Shown here: in pieces, positions 14,187 through 27,642 of the stretch
How the letters are laid out: each line of letters opens with the position of its first letter
How positions within the stretch are numbered: position 1 is the stretch's first letter
Source of the DNA: Saccostrea cucullata
Taxonomy: Eukaryota
Reading direction: 5' to 3'
DNA length: 63,595 bases
Assembly (NCBI RefSeq): GCF_032062105.1
Contig: NW_026935162.1
Span: 1 to 63,595, forward strand
Program-made: the position numbers and the translations under genes
The notes under the pieces: generated by a model
The model's database searches: none
What the model was told of the DNA's origin: nothing
The model's input: only the letters and a program-made list of their open reading frames with translations

Positions 14187-15189
14187 TAGGGATGTCAAAT
14201 CGGTCAATTTTTACTACTCGGTTACTCGGACGTTTTTCCGATCGAGTACCCGGGTACTCGGTAAAAGTGTTGATAAATATGAACAAGTAACATTGAAAAC
14301 TGTAAAACATTGTAAACACTTGTAGAAATAACACCACATGCTCCGATGGGAGGTTTACCCGTAAATCTGATGTAGTAATTATGAGCACTTCATGCCCGAC
14401 GAAATTTAATATAACATTTTTTTTAAGTTCAATTTATTTATCTGATAAAGACAAGGAATAAAATCATAAATAGTTCAGTGCTTTTTTTTTTTCTTTTTTT
14501 TTATTGTTAATCTCTTTGGTTGCGTTTGACGTCCACGTGATCAGTCGTCCGAGGTTCAGTATCAACTTGGTCAAGTTCTCCTATGACAGAGCGGATTTAC
14601 TATCTTCGTACATTTTTTTCGATCCTATATTTCATCATGTTTATAGTATTATGGGACGGTATGTTTTATTTTGATGCAACGATGGACATCGGTTTTTTTG
14701 AAACCCTTTGTCTTTAACCATTTGAATTAATTGGCATGTAATCAAACACAACCATATCAACAATCCGTTCGCACGTGTAATATCATCTGTCTCTTTTCCC
14801 GAGAATTTACGGCTTTTTGGAGAATTGACAAAATTATCTAATTCATTTAAATATAATAGACCATAAACGATGTTCAGTGAAAACAAATCAATAAAGCAAA
14901 CAACAAATATGGGTAGAAGACAGTCGAAGGTGAGAAAAGCCAGGTAACAGGTGCTTGGTCACGATAATTACTGTATAAACACTGCCACGGGCGATAACGG
15001 TCATTTAGAGGTGTAGAAAACTCTAATTACTGTATGTACAAATGCAATGAACATTTTACGTTTTAAAACTGATGTTTTAATGCATTAATAAATGAGCTTT
15101 GAAACATTAAAAAATATACATCCGAGTAACCGAGTACCGATTTTAGTATTCGATACTTGGACGTTCGATCGAGTACCCAGTTAACCGGG
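14187..15189. mobile_element. hAT-like non-autonomous DNA transposon running into the assembly gap
   Basis: Starts TAGGGATG. Subterminal TACTCGG/CGAGTAC motifs and GGACGT..CGATCGAGTACCC recur at both ends (14215-14262, 15120-15189). Confidence 0.6.
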
Positions 15190-15330
15190 NNNNNNNNNNN
15201 NNNNNNNNNNNNNNNNNNNNNNNNNNNNNNNNNNNNNNNNNNNNNNNNNNNNNNNNNNNNNNNNNNNNNNNNNNNNNNNNNNNNNNNNNNNNNNNNNNNN
15301 NNNNNNNNNNNNNNNNNNNNNNNNNNNNNN
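15190..15330. other. Assembly gap (141 N)
   Basis: Run of N. Confidence 1.
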
Positions 15331-17507
15331 ATATGTGAGAATATAAGAGCGTGAAATTTCCAAATTACTATACCCTTCATTCTGATATAATACATCCTAC
15401 TGACTAATTAATCCATTAGATGCCCAAATAGGGCATTTACGAAACATTTAGCAATTTAATTTAAACCAAGTATTTTGACTCTGGTTGCCTAATACTCTGT
15501 TTTTTTTTAATCCTGATTTATAAAGACCTATATTTAGATATGTGATTTCATTTGATAAACTTCTTTGTATCTTTTCCAAATACTTCAATGCATTTCTTTC
15601 AATAGATTCTTTAGAATAAAAAAATAATTCTTCTCTTAAGATATGTATAAAAAAGATTTGTTGAGATAAAACATTTTAGATAACAACCCATCTTGTCAAA
15701 CTGAAAACCGCAGAGAAAATTGGGGTCAGTATGAAAAAAGAGTAAAGTTACATAATTTGGAGACAATGGCAAAAATGTTTGATTAACAGTCAGGAAATAA
15801 TCTTTGATTTATCTTCATTCATTTTTTTTTTCTCAAATTTTATTTCTCATTTATTTTGGCAAAGTATATTGAGTTCATTCATATGAAAACTTTTTCCATT
15901 TAAAAAGAAAAAAAACTTCTTAAAAACACGGATAGGATAAGGCTATCCGTAAAAGTGCGGTCACACGATTCTATTTATCATCAGATTTTCCTAGTTTTTA
16001 GATCGATTTGCTTTCAGCTAAAATCTTACCATGAGATCACCTAAGTCTAAAATCGAAAGCAAAATCTGAAAGTCAATTGGAAATCGGATGGGGGTTAGAT
16101 TATCAATCGACTTTCTCAAGAAGATCGTGACATCAGAATTACAATTCCCGCGACACGAAATAAGATGAAATTGTAGAATAGGTTAATAAATAACAGTTTT
16201 TAACTGTTTATACATAAATATCTATATTTGCTGTGTTTTTCTACAAAGCCAACCGTGAAATTGATTTGAAAACCCTTTTCGTGCATACTCACGCTTAGAA
16301 ATATGCACGGAGAAACGTGCATTAACGTGACGTCACAATGAAGTTGCAGCGACGTTAGTAAAAATGCAACAATATAGGGCAGCGAGAAATTTAAATATTA
16401 AGAATATTTTAATTGTTTCCTTACATGTAAAATGTATATATAAGGTATGTTTTTAAGTTCAGTGTGAATTTTTGGTGTGTGAATCACACAGACTTGCACG
16501 TAGGCATATTTTTCATGAAGCGCTAGCGCGCAAAACTTAAAAACATTCCTTAAATGCATCTGTGTAATGAAATAGAAAGAAAATTCCGAAATCAAAATAA
16601 TTGTGTAGAAAAGGATAGTTGCATTTTTTTTTACTAGAATATATAATAAATTATCGTAACATGCCATTATTGATTTATCAGAGATGATATTTTTCGGTTA
16701 TCTAAACTTCATTCAAGTCATCAGCATTACAAATTGGGGGTATTTCTTAATAGCACACATATTCTTGAATCTGATAAAAATTAAGATTTTCCACGCAAAA
16801 TGTTTATGTTGGTATAAATTAATATATTCAAAACACAGCATTTTTATGCTTCATACTGAACATGAAATTATGAATTCTAGAAAATTAAAGTACACAGTTT
16901 TGAAAAAAATCAACAAGTAAACTCTATTAATCATCTAAAAAAATATAAATCTCTTCGCAAATTGCATGTACGGTTAACTTTTTTAGTAGCGTTGGTGCAG
17001 ACGAGGATGCGCTGATTCATGAATACCGCTAAGAATTCATTCATAAATAGAATAATTATACAGTATCAACATGTGTAGCACTTATTCATAATTACGCAAA
17101 CATTTCCATACATGTATCCATTGACTGCGATAAATTTTGAATGTGCTAAATTTTGTATACGTACAGTAAATAACTTATACCATTTATTAAAGTCTCTGGG
17201 TTAAAAGATATAGGGGAGCTTAATCTCCTAAATATACTAATTTCAGAAATCTATAAACTTTCAGTTTCTAAATTTACTATTGCGTAGATTGCATTAAAAA
17301 ATATATATCTTTTCTGAATGAATTGAATTATTGCAAATATAATAATGTTCTGACATTTGTTTAAAGTTAAAGAGTGGCTTCATTTAAACGATTTGCACGT
17401 ATCTTTGGATTATGAAAATTATTCACAAATATACAGAAAAAATAAATTATGTTTACTAATTTATACAAATTTTGATTAACTGCAATATTTTGTTTTAAAT
17501 GACTTAC

Positions 17508-17645
17508 CCAGTTTACAATGATGTCCAGAAAATCTCGGTTTACATTCATGACAGGCTCCTGTTTCGATGTGACATCTAGAATGAATACAATTGCTGGAAC
17601 AGGGAAGTGAACAGTTTGTTCCATAGAAATTTAGGGTTTTGCAAC
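17508..17645 (-). CDS. Minus-strand FTP-EGF gene: EGF-like (MEGF-type) exon
   Basis: 138-nt phase 1-1 exon GCKTLNFYGTNCSLPCSSNCIHSRCHIETGACHECKPRFSGHHCKL with 8 Cys. Confidence 0.88.
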
Positions 17646-20600
17646 CTAAGGATAAAATATTATCGGGGATTACTAGTATCTGGTTTTGTTATAATTAGAT
17701 TAGCAAGTGCGACAAAAATATATTCGTTTTTTTTTTTCGATTAGTATTGATATAATATATTTGAATAAAACTAGTCAGCAGAAAAAAAACACACTTATCT
17801 TAACCAATTGTAACTATATTTTCCATATATGAAAAGTTTAAGAAATGTATCTTTAATATTGAACTTTGAAGCCCTGATGAATTTATCTAAAGATTTCATC
17901 TGATCAGAATGAAAATATTCTTATTGCATGTGAAGAGAGCTGCATCATAAAACAAACGTGTCAAAAAAATCATGAAGCATACCAAAGACTTCCACTTTGC
18001 AAAAAGCATTGAATTCATCATCAGAAAACTGGCTTGCAAAATCTGAGTTGTGTGGTCTCTTCATATAATATATGACGTATTGCCCTTGTACAGGACAGTT
18101 AATATTGACGACTGCGGGTGTTGTGGATCTGTTGAGGTTTCTGTCATGAAAGCATAAGTGACCATCGAGTCGATTTGTTGTGTTGGAAATGTATAGATTA
18201 AACCTTAAAATTCTAGAGGCAAACCTGTCAAGGAGACCTGGAAAAAACATAAACCATGTCATTCATGTATACATGTGTATTCCATGTCAACGAAAAAGTA
18301 ACCCTAAAAATATTGATCACTCCATCGTTGTTTTTATGTTCCGTGATGAAATAGATATTAATGATATAGGATAATTATAGAATAATTTATCTGTTTTAAT
18401 TCAGATTACTAACACCATTAATTTACAGTTGGAATAGATATCAAACAGATTATTTTCTGTACAACGACGAGGGACTCAAAGTCAAGACCTATATTGAAAA
18501 AAAAAATAAGTTGGACATACAATGTACATTTCAAAAGTTCTGGCAACTGTTTAACAAAAAATTAACCGGTTTACGGAAATCATTGAGTTTGATATCATTC
18601 GAAAGATCAGAAAATTTTTTTGACGTTATAACTCCGAAAATGACGTCAAGATATAGAATGTTTAGCATACTGATGATCGTAAAATTGATGGCAAAGGCTT
18701 ATTTAAAAAAATATTTCAAAGGAAATTACTTTGCAAAGAGGTAGAGAAGGACTATGACACTATTTATCAGCATCATTCCATCATTCATTGTATGGTTTGT
18801 TCACGAGCATGTTTATGTCCGGTTATGCTATCATTGACATTTATTTCAGATTTTTATTAATATAATACGGCTGGATTTTCGGTCTTTTATATAGCTCTCC
18901 ATTGCTTGAAATAAAACTTGTCCTATATTAAGCTAAAGTATATTAATGCAGTTTTCATAGAATATATTTTGGGTAACAGAACTCTTACCAATTACGAATA
19001 AAATGTACAAAATCTTGTCCCTGACTTGATTATGTGCACATTTTTTCACATTAATTCAACTTCCGAGCCCCAAAACTAACTAAAGCTTTTGACTTTTGAA
19101 TTAATTAAATAAATATGTTACACAGACATGTAAAATCTTATTTATTTCCCATGCAGTAAAATTTGCGAATATGTGGAGGAACGGTGGCTTTACAACTGCG
19201 CCGTCGCCATCTTGGATTATAAGAGAAAATATGGGGCACACTAAACTTAACTTCTCTTGAGCCTCCATCGATCCCCCAGATCTTGTTAAAACATCTGACG
19301 AATTTATGCTATCAAGTTTTGTAACACGATCGCCTATTTTTCTTTGATTGTCAACTTTGTCTTTTTCTCACTCAAGAGAGTTAGATCTCTTTTACATAAT
19401 AATTTGAGTGAGATTCGATAAAAACATACTAATTTTGACACTCGCTATAACCATATCAGAACAAGAAGATCTCCGAAATAGAACATCATATGATAGATTG
19501 TAGTCTATGTAAACATATCACCAACTGGCATTTGTGTCCGTTCGTTTGCGTCCGAGTAATGAGCACAAGTTTTCTTTAAAGTTTTAATTTGATCAAATTG
19601 TTTCTTTTGTTACGTCATTTTTTGGTCAGTATGTTAAACATTCTATATTCTGACGTTATTTTCGGAGTTATTACGTCATTAAAATTATAAAGCGACATCA
19701 CAATATGCATATATTTTTCTGTTCTTTCCAATGATATCAATATCAATTATTTCCGTAAAACGGTAATTTTTTTATTAAGCAGTTGCCCGAAATTCTGAAA
19801 TGCCCCTCGTATAAATGTTTCCAGAATTGGTATAAATCGCTGTCATATATGACAAGCTACTGTTATTTTTCAGCTATTGATTACTTAGCCATTTCATTTC
19901 AATATCCTATCATTTCAATATAGTTTGACATTGCATGTTTTTTTTTCCCTTAGTATTGAATACATATAACTGGAAAATTATTACGATATTTTTAACAACC
20001 TACGATATATTATATTTTCAATCGTGTAAATGTTTTTTATTTTTTTTTCGAAAACTTGCATTGTTGTCCCTTTATACTTATTAATTACATTAATTTTGAA
20101 GAAGTTATGCAGCATTCTTTGAATTCGCTGCGTTTAGATTTAGCCCACTTGTGAAAAGTATCGAAAATAAAACGAGGCCGGTGTAACAACGAAAAGTGAT
20201 CCCCGTAGAATATTGACCAGGGGGTCATTTTTCTAGAAAAATGACCCAAGGTCAATATTCTACGACAAGTGGGGTCATTTTTCGACCGTAGAAAAACACC
20301 CCAGACCAGTAATTCTACGACTTCACACACGTTGTAAAATGACCCCCATAGAAATTTGACCCCCTACTTTTTATACAATAAAACCTTATATCTGTGTCTC
20401 CTGGTACTTTTTTATATTTTGAAATGAAGGAGGGGAAATTTTTTATGTACTTTACTCCTTTTCCACATATAATCGATTGCATATCTTAATTTTAGCACCA
20501 TAATGTATCTGGTATGGATTTTTTTAGACTTGCAGAATCCCCATGAATATTAATTCATAGAGGAGCATATATTTGTGATTTTTTTTGTTGATATTAATAT

Positions 20601-23600
20601 TTTAGATATTTTTTCATTCGAAGGTTTTATTCCGAAAATGGCATGATATATTTCTGATAACCGTAAACTTGTAGGGAGTCCCCTGTATGGCAAGACCTTT
20701 TATTTGAAACAATTTAACAACTTTGACCTTGACCTTAGACATTTCCGTTCTTACTAAAAAACTTTAACTTTGGTCGTAACTTTTGAATTGTAAGGGCTAG
20801 GGTTTTCATAATTCACACATGTAATCCTTGTTAGAATACCTTTCATTGGATACCTTTCATCGGATATCAACAACTTTGTCCTTGGATTTTGACCTACTGT
20901 TTACAAACTTTAACCTTGGTCATAAGTTTTGAACAGTGAAGGCTAGAGCCTTCATACTTAATATATTTTATCCTTGCTACAAGATCTTTCATTGGATATC
21001 AGAAAACTTGACCTTTGACCTTTTCACAAAGTTTAACCTTGGCCATAACTTTTGAACAGTAAGGACCAGCACTTTCATACTTCTCACATGTAATCTTTGA
21101 GACAAGGCCTTTCTTTACATACCAACAACTTTGAACCTTTGACCTTGACCCTGAAGTTTGTCCTACCTTTAAAAACGTTAATCTTGGTGATAACCTTTGC
21201 ACAGGTTGTGCTATGGTTTTATATTTCACATTCATATTTCTTGTGAAAAGGCCTTACTTTAAGTACCAACATTATTGAACTGCATTGAGAAAGCTAAACG
21301 CTATGTTGCCATACTTGGGCATCGGTGTTTTATAAACACATCTTGTTCCTGAATATACGGGAAATGCCATACACACCGAGAACGTTCTTATAATGATTTT
21401 AAAAAATCCCTGAAACGGGCAAAAATTTACATCTGAGTGAATACTAAGTACATTTGATAATTTACAGATATCTATAATTTCATTTTAAAAAACTTCCTTT
21501 TTCAATACCTTTTAGCCAACAGACAATTAATAAATGGTTGCTGTAACATCCCCTTTCTTCTCCGATTTTCTTAGACACTAACTTTACAAATACAAATGAA
21601 ATCTTAGTCTATCATGTCATTACTTCGATATCTAAAGTCGTAGCACATATATACCGTTAAAGCCAAGGTAAAAGTTTGGAATTTTGGGGTAAAAGTGTGT
21701 CAAATTCTAAGGTCAAAAGGTTAAAATTGACCGTACCCAAAGAAAGGTCTTGTCAAAAAAATTAAAGACACCTGTGGTCTTGAAATATGGAAGCCATAGT
21801 TTTATCCAGTCAAAAGTTATGGGCAATGTTAAAGTTTTTGCGGACAAACAGACAGACGGACGGACGGACAGGAAAAAACTATATACTCCCAAAACTTCTT
21901 TTACGGGGCATGAATATAATATGCAAACTGACAAATTTTTTCATGACCAAACATTTTTTCTCAGTTGATAAAATAACTCTTAAAATCATCAGATGTAAGT
22001 ACATTTAGAAAGGAGAAAAACAATACTACATGTGCCAATTTTTGGTATAACGAAAACTTCTTTCTTTACTTAATAATTTTTTTCATCCCAAAACCCCCAT
22101 TTTGTTAAGGTTTTGTTGACACTAGCAAACGACAAAAGACATTTTAAAGGTTTTGAGCAAATCCCTTTTTGTTTCTCTGGTATCATAGGTCAGAGGCAAT
22201 TTAATTTAGCACTTATTTTTAACGAATTAAACCATCCCTATTTTTTATGAGAAGTTTGAAACTTAGTTCATAGAAAACAAAATATTTTTGTTAGGATCTA
22301 ATTTTCTAAGCAATCTCTTTTGTGCACAAGTTTTAAAAATAGGGATCATAAACGTTAAACTTTTGAAAAATAACATTGTATTATGATTTTTGCAAATTAT
22401 TCATCCTGGGTAAAATCAATGAGATTTACAATCATGGAAACTTTTTTAAAATTCTTTTACTGACACCACCTTGAAAATGACCTTTTTAAAGATTAAAATG
22501 ACAACTGTGGAATCTTACTGTATAAAACATTATAAACAAATCTATGAATGCGCGTATCTTTGCACTAATAGCCTTAGAACATTTTAATAGATATATATCG
22601 TTTTCTTTTAATGGTGATAAAACGGTTTGTATAATTAATGAAAGGTATAGTGTAGCTTTGATTTTTTTTATTTTATTTAAGCTTAAAGTTAAAGGCTTTC
22701 AAAAATAAACACTTCATATCATAAGGCTGCTTGATATTTCCCGTATGCATTTGCCTAACAAGAATATTCCTACCAAAACGAATGTTTAAAAAATTGCATC
22801 AAAAAATGACAAGGGGTCAATATTCTACGGGGTATTTTTTCTACAATGCACACGGAGAAAAACGACCGCAAGGCAATAATTTCTACGAAAAAGTGGGTCA
22901 TTTTTCTACGTAGAATATTGACCAAGGGGTCAAATTTCTACGTAGAAAAATGACCTGCGGTCAATATTCTACGGGGGTCACTTTTCGTCGTTACACCGGC
23001 AAATGCCTTTGTAAAGAGTATAATCACTGCCCTGATTTATCGTGCAATATGTACTGATAAACGGCAGTGTAGACAGTGAAGGTATGTATACATTGTCGCC
23101 GGCGACAAATGACCGGGCGACGTAATGTATCATTACGGTCAGGCTTCATGAAATAGAATACGAAAAAAGATAATGTAATTTTTAGACTAAATTTGCCGGA
23201 AAATCTGCGAAGTGACATTATGTAAAATGAGAGTTAAGCGCATAATATCGCATGCGACAATAGGTATTTATAACTTTTCAACCGTCGACAATAAATACTC
23301 AACAAAAAAAGACATGCATATTGTTTTACTCGTCAAAGAAATTTTGAAAATGCACACGGAACGATCTTATTTATCATTGGATACCAGTGGCCTATTTAAA
23401 GGACAACATGGGGTTAAAAACCAAAGTGTTGAATTATCTCCCTTGATTAAACATGTTTACGAAAGTAGTATTTTTTAAAATTTTTTTCTAAATCTGTTGT
23501 CTATTTTCATTGATATTTTGGATTTAGAATAATTATAAAAACTTCTATTTAACCCATACTAAAGATTTGAAATCCAGTGTTGATGCTGCAATGCCACGTC

Positions 23601-25022
23601 CAAACAAATATAAACGCAACCTCGCTAACGATGATACAAACCGGAGCTATGCAACAAGAAGTTGCAACTGCATTTGGAATACATCAATGGGCTTTGCAGC
23701 CGTTAGTCGTACGTTGGAAGACCAAGAACTAGCCGTCCGCGGGTAACAACACCAGGCAGGACCGTCAGACCCCCACCCTTCCAGGACCTCAAGCGATTCA
23801 GAACTGGTGCTACAATTGCTACAATTGCTGGATGAAAAAATCAGCATGAAAGTGCATAAATTGTTCCAAAGAGACTGAGAGGATCTGGTATTCGTGCCCG
23901 ACATCCGTATATTGGAAATCCACCAGCGCTTAGACCTTGCAAAGGACATATGGATTGGTTAAGACGGTATGCCTCTAGTGTTTTGATGCGTTGACAATCA
24001 CATAAACTTCACTCTTCTACTCGCAAGACAGGACATGTTTGATTTTTTCAAAACCCTCTAAAATCACTTAAAAAAATGAGGATTAAACTTAAATTATCAT
24101 GTTTAATCTGAATTCTTTTTTGTTGAGTATGTACCGTAAGAGGACACTTTATGCATTAAGGGTAAGTTTATATTGTCACCGACGACATTGTATACCGTCA
24201 GAAGCCCTATAAATATGCATTGAACCTGGACCATGCAGTAAAGAAGCAAATACTGTAATGTCTTAATGTCAGGGTACGGTGAATGGCATTTTGTTTCATC
24301 TATATTCAGAAATAAATACTTTGAGTCAATTGTTTGGAGTACTGAGATACTGAATGTAGGTCAAAAGAAACTTGTACTCTCGATTTCAATACAGAACAAG
24401 ATAATGAAATTACATAAATCATTCATATACGAAGTTAATTGATAAAAAATAATATGTTTAACACAAACATCAGCTAAAAAGTATATGTATAAACTAATTA
24501 AAAAGATCAGAGTGTCCTTACCTTTTGGTGTATTTCTAGTCATGTAATATATCAAAATATGATGTATGCTGACTACTGATCTCAAGTTCACCCACCAGGT
24601 AGCAGGGCTCCGATTTCGTCCTGAGGTGCTTGAATTATTTTTCAGTCCGTCAACCACAGAGCCATAGGAGTGCATGGTATTGGTTTTTGGAATGTACTTG
24701 TCTGTCTGCCATCTTTCTTTTTGTAAACCAAGGTTTTCTAAATCAAGAATATCCAAAAAAAATAAGTTATTAAAAACATAAAGAAACTTTGAAACATTTT
24801 ATATTGATTTGTGAACCAGATTTATCTTTGATTACAAATTTGATTCACCTTAAATCTTATGCAAAAGGTATAGGAACTAATAGCGAATGCTTGGCAATGT
24901 CTCACATTATGAAAATCTCTCTTTCTCTCTCTATCTCTCTTAAATAATTTAAACATCTTACCGTAAGCAAAAGTAATCGTACTTATAGTTCTTAAAATCA
25001 GTGGCACAAAGATAAAAATCGT
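17508..25022 (-). CDS. Paralogous F-type-lectin-like + EGF-like gene, partial (possibly a pseudogene)
   Basis: Exons about 25022-24962 (signal peptide), 24737-24522, 18237-17983, 17645-17508. All junctions are phase-1 GT-AG, with the same exon layout as the plus-strand copy and no stops within exons. No in-frame ATG is visible (ACG at 25022-25020), and no further EGF exon was found before the N gap. Confidence 0.75.
17983..18237 (-). CDS. Minus-strand FTP-EGF gene: F-type-lectin-like domain, second half
   Basis: CCAG acceptor, ..YISNTTNRLDGHLCFHD..NCPVQGQYVIYY..FCKVEVF, G|GTATG donor, 255 nt. Clearly homologous to 48015-48266. Confidence 0.88.
18520..19809. mobile_element. Non-autonomous Tc1/mariner-type element with about 150-190-bp TIRs
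   Basis: 18527-18672 is the reverse complement of 19626-19802. The right end is CCCCTCG|TA; the left end is degenerate. Confidence 0.7.
20690..21348 (+). mobile_element. Helentron-associated element with about four 120-150-bp tandem units
   Basis: AAACTTTAACCTTGG-like unit starts near 20759, 20906, 21029, 21173, with TTGACCTT motifs. 3' hairpin GTGTTTTATAAACAC + ATCTTGTT. Confidence 0.7.
21640..21912 (-). mobile_element. Helentron-associated (DINE-1-like) 5' fragment with (GTCY)n microsatellite
   Basis: GACAGACGGACGGACGGACA on plus, next to an inverted copy of the 20690 tandem unit. Confidence 0.6.
23091..24190 (+). mobile_element. Internally deleted Tc1-like transposon with decayed transposase N-terminus
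   Basis: TA|CATTGTCGCCGGCGACAA ... TTGTCACCGACGACATTG|TA. From ATG 23591, across frameshifts: MPRPNKYKRNLA / MIQTGAMQQEVATAFGIHQ / PRTSRPRVTT / KRLRGSGIRARHPYIG, typical of Tc1 HTH regions. Confidence 0.82.
24522..24737 (-). CDS. Minus-strand FTP-EGF gene: F-type-lectin-like domain, first half
   Basis: TTTAG acceptor, ENLGLQKERWQ..VVDGLK..ATWWVNLRSVVSIHHILIYY, G|GTAAG donor, 216 nt. Confidence 0.82.
24962..25022 (-). CDS. Minus-strand FTP-EGF gene: signal-peptide exon
   Basis: (T)IFIFVPLILRTISTITFAY followed by a G|GTAAG donor. Joins in frame to ENLGL, mirroring CLGY|ENLAL in the plus copy. The 5' boundary is uncertain. Confidence 0.6.
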
Positions 25023-25729
25023 AATTGAAGGCTTATGAAAATTGTTTCAATGTAGGAGACAAAACACCTTCATATACAAAAACTGCTTTCTATGACACTT
25101 TGCATCAAGTATATATAAGTACATTTTGTTTCAGGGAATTATTTTTCCATGAAGTTTTTAATAGATCTACGTAATGTGCCTTTCCATCTTCATATTTACA
25201 TATAAAGAAAAATATACCCATATTCTTTTCGTCTTAAAAAAAAATATTATGAATGCCAATACTGAGAAAAATCTGTATCACATCTTATGCCCTTTCGGGT
25301 TGACAACAACAATAGTGTTTTTTATCTAAGTTAGGGTTCATTTCACTAAGGAATGCATTTCAAGGGAACCTTAGACTCTCTGCATTGTTTATATTTTGAA
25401 TGTTTTTGTTTATTTTCAGAAAAGACATTCTAATTGAATAACTCTTCAATAAATACTCCTAATATTTCAATGAATAAAACATTCTTCTTCACACCACGAC
25501 AAGCATCTATTTTTGTAATCAGGACACTGGCTTTGTTATCGTTAATATTAACGTCTTCCTTATCAATTTGATAGACTCTGTGCAATCTGCAGTAAACATG
25601 AACTCATAAGATTGGTGATTTGGCTTTGATGTCCATATGAATAAGTTTATTTATCATATTTGAATTTTTTTTTTATAAATATACACAAAATTCAAATTCT
25701 CTCAATTATTATGAGTAATATATACTTCG

Positions 25730-25870
25730 TGGTTTGTTTGTTGTGCCTTTCGTTCATTTCCTTCTCATATGAAAACACCGCCATTTGTCGAAAGAGGGCT
25801 AGGAAATTTGGCTCATAGGGCTATTGGGCGGTTGGGATAATTTCCTTACCAACATCTACTGTAACGGCAT
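25730..25870 (-). mobile_element. Degraded SINE 3' fragment
   Basis: Weak similarity to the SINE tail at 56140-56290. Confidence 0.4.
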
Positions 25871-27113
25871 TTTTTGTAACGGCAGATGGATCGATATGTT
25901 TTAGTGTGAATTTTAATGACGGAAGCAATTCAATTTTTACCAAAATAAGATATCTTTTGTCCAATCAAATACCATGCTTAAACTACAATTATATTTTTAG
26001 AATCAACATTGTTACATTTATATCGTTTATTTTACATACTGAACAACAAGGCATTAAAATACTTCCGGTTTGTAATAAATATGGGAAAAAACCTATTTCA
26101 CAATTTGTAGATATATTTATAAATTGTTTAATTTTTTTTCTCTTCATACTGTTTTATTTTACAGTATCAAGTATTTTTTGATTAATGTATTATTTTATTA
26201 TTTTTTTCTTTTTTATCAGGATGAAGATGAATCAGAATTGCTTACATTTTTATTAAATGGGAAACAATAATGACACAAATATTGCAGAATTAAAACCCAG
26301 GGACGCTTTTAATAGCAAAAAATTCCCTTGAATGGTTTCCATCTGGTTTCACATTATCAAATTGCTGTAAGAATTTTTTTTTACGACTTTAAATCCCATA
26401 TCAGCGAATACAAGCAATTCTAGCAGTTATAAAACATATTAGACATATTAGGTTACAATCCTTTTGATGATCAGTAGCGTGACCCGGTTGGAACTGTACT
26501 TTCGTATCCTTACTTAAAGTTTTATCAAACAATTTTCAATAAAATTGTTCTTATGTTCTTTGATATCATAATTTTGTTTTTTTTAAGATAAAAGAGATAT
26601 AAAAAAATATAGATTTCCATTTTATTTTTATGTTTTCAGTTTGTGATAATTGACTGTATTCAATATGCGATTTTACTCCTATATACATGTATGTCAAGAA
26701 ATTAATCTGTTATGCATATTTATAACTCATGAATTTACAGAGCATAACTAATGTAATATACATGTACTCATAAAGTAACACTTTCAATAAAAACCTCATC
26801 CTAGTGCATAGTTCAATGAAATTGTTACAATTTTTTTTCAATTAATCTCTCAAATTTACAATTTTAAAACTGACACATGGATGAGGGAATGTTACAAAAA
26901 CAGATCAAGAATCTAAGAAAATCTATATATCATATATCTGCGAAAAGGACATGAATCAATGACTGCATGAATTTGAAAAAAAAAGTGATAATGTTGCCGA
27001 AAAGAAGATATCATCCCCTACCGGAATCATCTTTTCTGTGCTCTAGGAATTGATCAAATAAAAAAAAATATTCTTCAGCTTAGAAAAAAACGAGTATTCT
27101 TTTTAGCAAAACA

Positions 27114-27241
27114 ATAGCACAGTCGGTAGAGCTTTTGCTCCATGATCAAAAGGTCATGTGTGCGAATGAATGACTTCAGTCGAAAAAAATGGCAGCAACT
27201 GTTTTTCGCTAAAGCTTTCGGCACTTTAACGTTAAAGTTAA
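27114..27241 (+). mobile_element. Meta-type tRNA SINE 5' part, truncated
   Basis: TAGCACAGTCGGTAGAGC A-box and AAAAATGGCAGCAACTG..TCGGCACTTT core, matching the reverse complement of 56330-56467. Confidence 0.65.
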
Positions 27242-27642
27242 GGCTCTTCGACCCTCAGCCAGGAAGAACTACTCTTTAATTCATAATTTATGATTTAATT
27301 CAAAAAGTTTTTAAATGAAGCTTGAGAATTAAATCTTTTCATGCAACAATTTTCATTATATGCCTCTCAATGTGCTTCAAGGTTATTTGCAAAGCTCCAT
27401 AAATCACTTCTAATTTCATATCATGTTAATAAACATTAGAATCTAAAAATGCTTTTTCGAGGTAAACATTTTTACTTTTAATTAGACCTTTCTGAGAAGT
27501 TCAAAGAACCTTGAAGCACATTAAGAGGCATATAATGAAAATTGTTACAGGAAAATATTTAATTTTCAAGCTTCATTTAAAAACTTTTTGAATTGAATTA
27601 TAAATCAAAGACTTGTCCTTCCTGGCTGAGGGTCAGAGTCCC
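27242..27642. mobile_element. Kolobok-type MITE with about 150-bp TIRs
   Basis: TTAA|GG...CC|TTAA (27238-41, 27643-46). The arm GACCCTCAGCCAGGAAG...GTGCTTCAAGGTT is mirrored. Confidence 0.8.

Larger units (their letters stand above)
20178..22999. mobile_element. Non-autonomous DNA transposon with repeat-rich TIRs (CCGGTGTAAC...GTTACACCGG) carrying nested insertions
   Basis: Left CCGGTGTAACAACGAAAAGTGATCCCCGTAGAATATTGACC; right GGTCAATATTCTACGGGGGTCACTTTTCGTCGTTACACCGG. Multiple subterminal TAGAA(T/A)ATTGACC motifs. No clear TSD. Confidence 0.8.

Noticed and set aside
15063-15395. ORFs spanning the N run
   Set aside because: Artefacts of the assembly gap.
26245-26342. Alternative signal-peptide exon for the minus FTP-EGF gene (METIQGNFLLLK..)
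   Set aside because: Two stops precede the donor, and the 24962 exon fits the paralogue's layout better.
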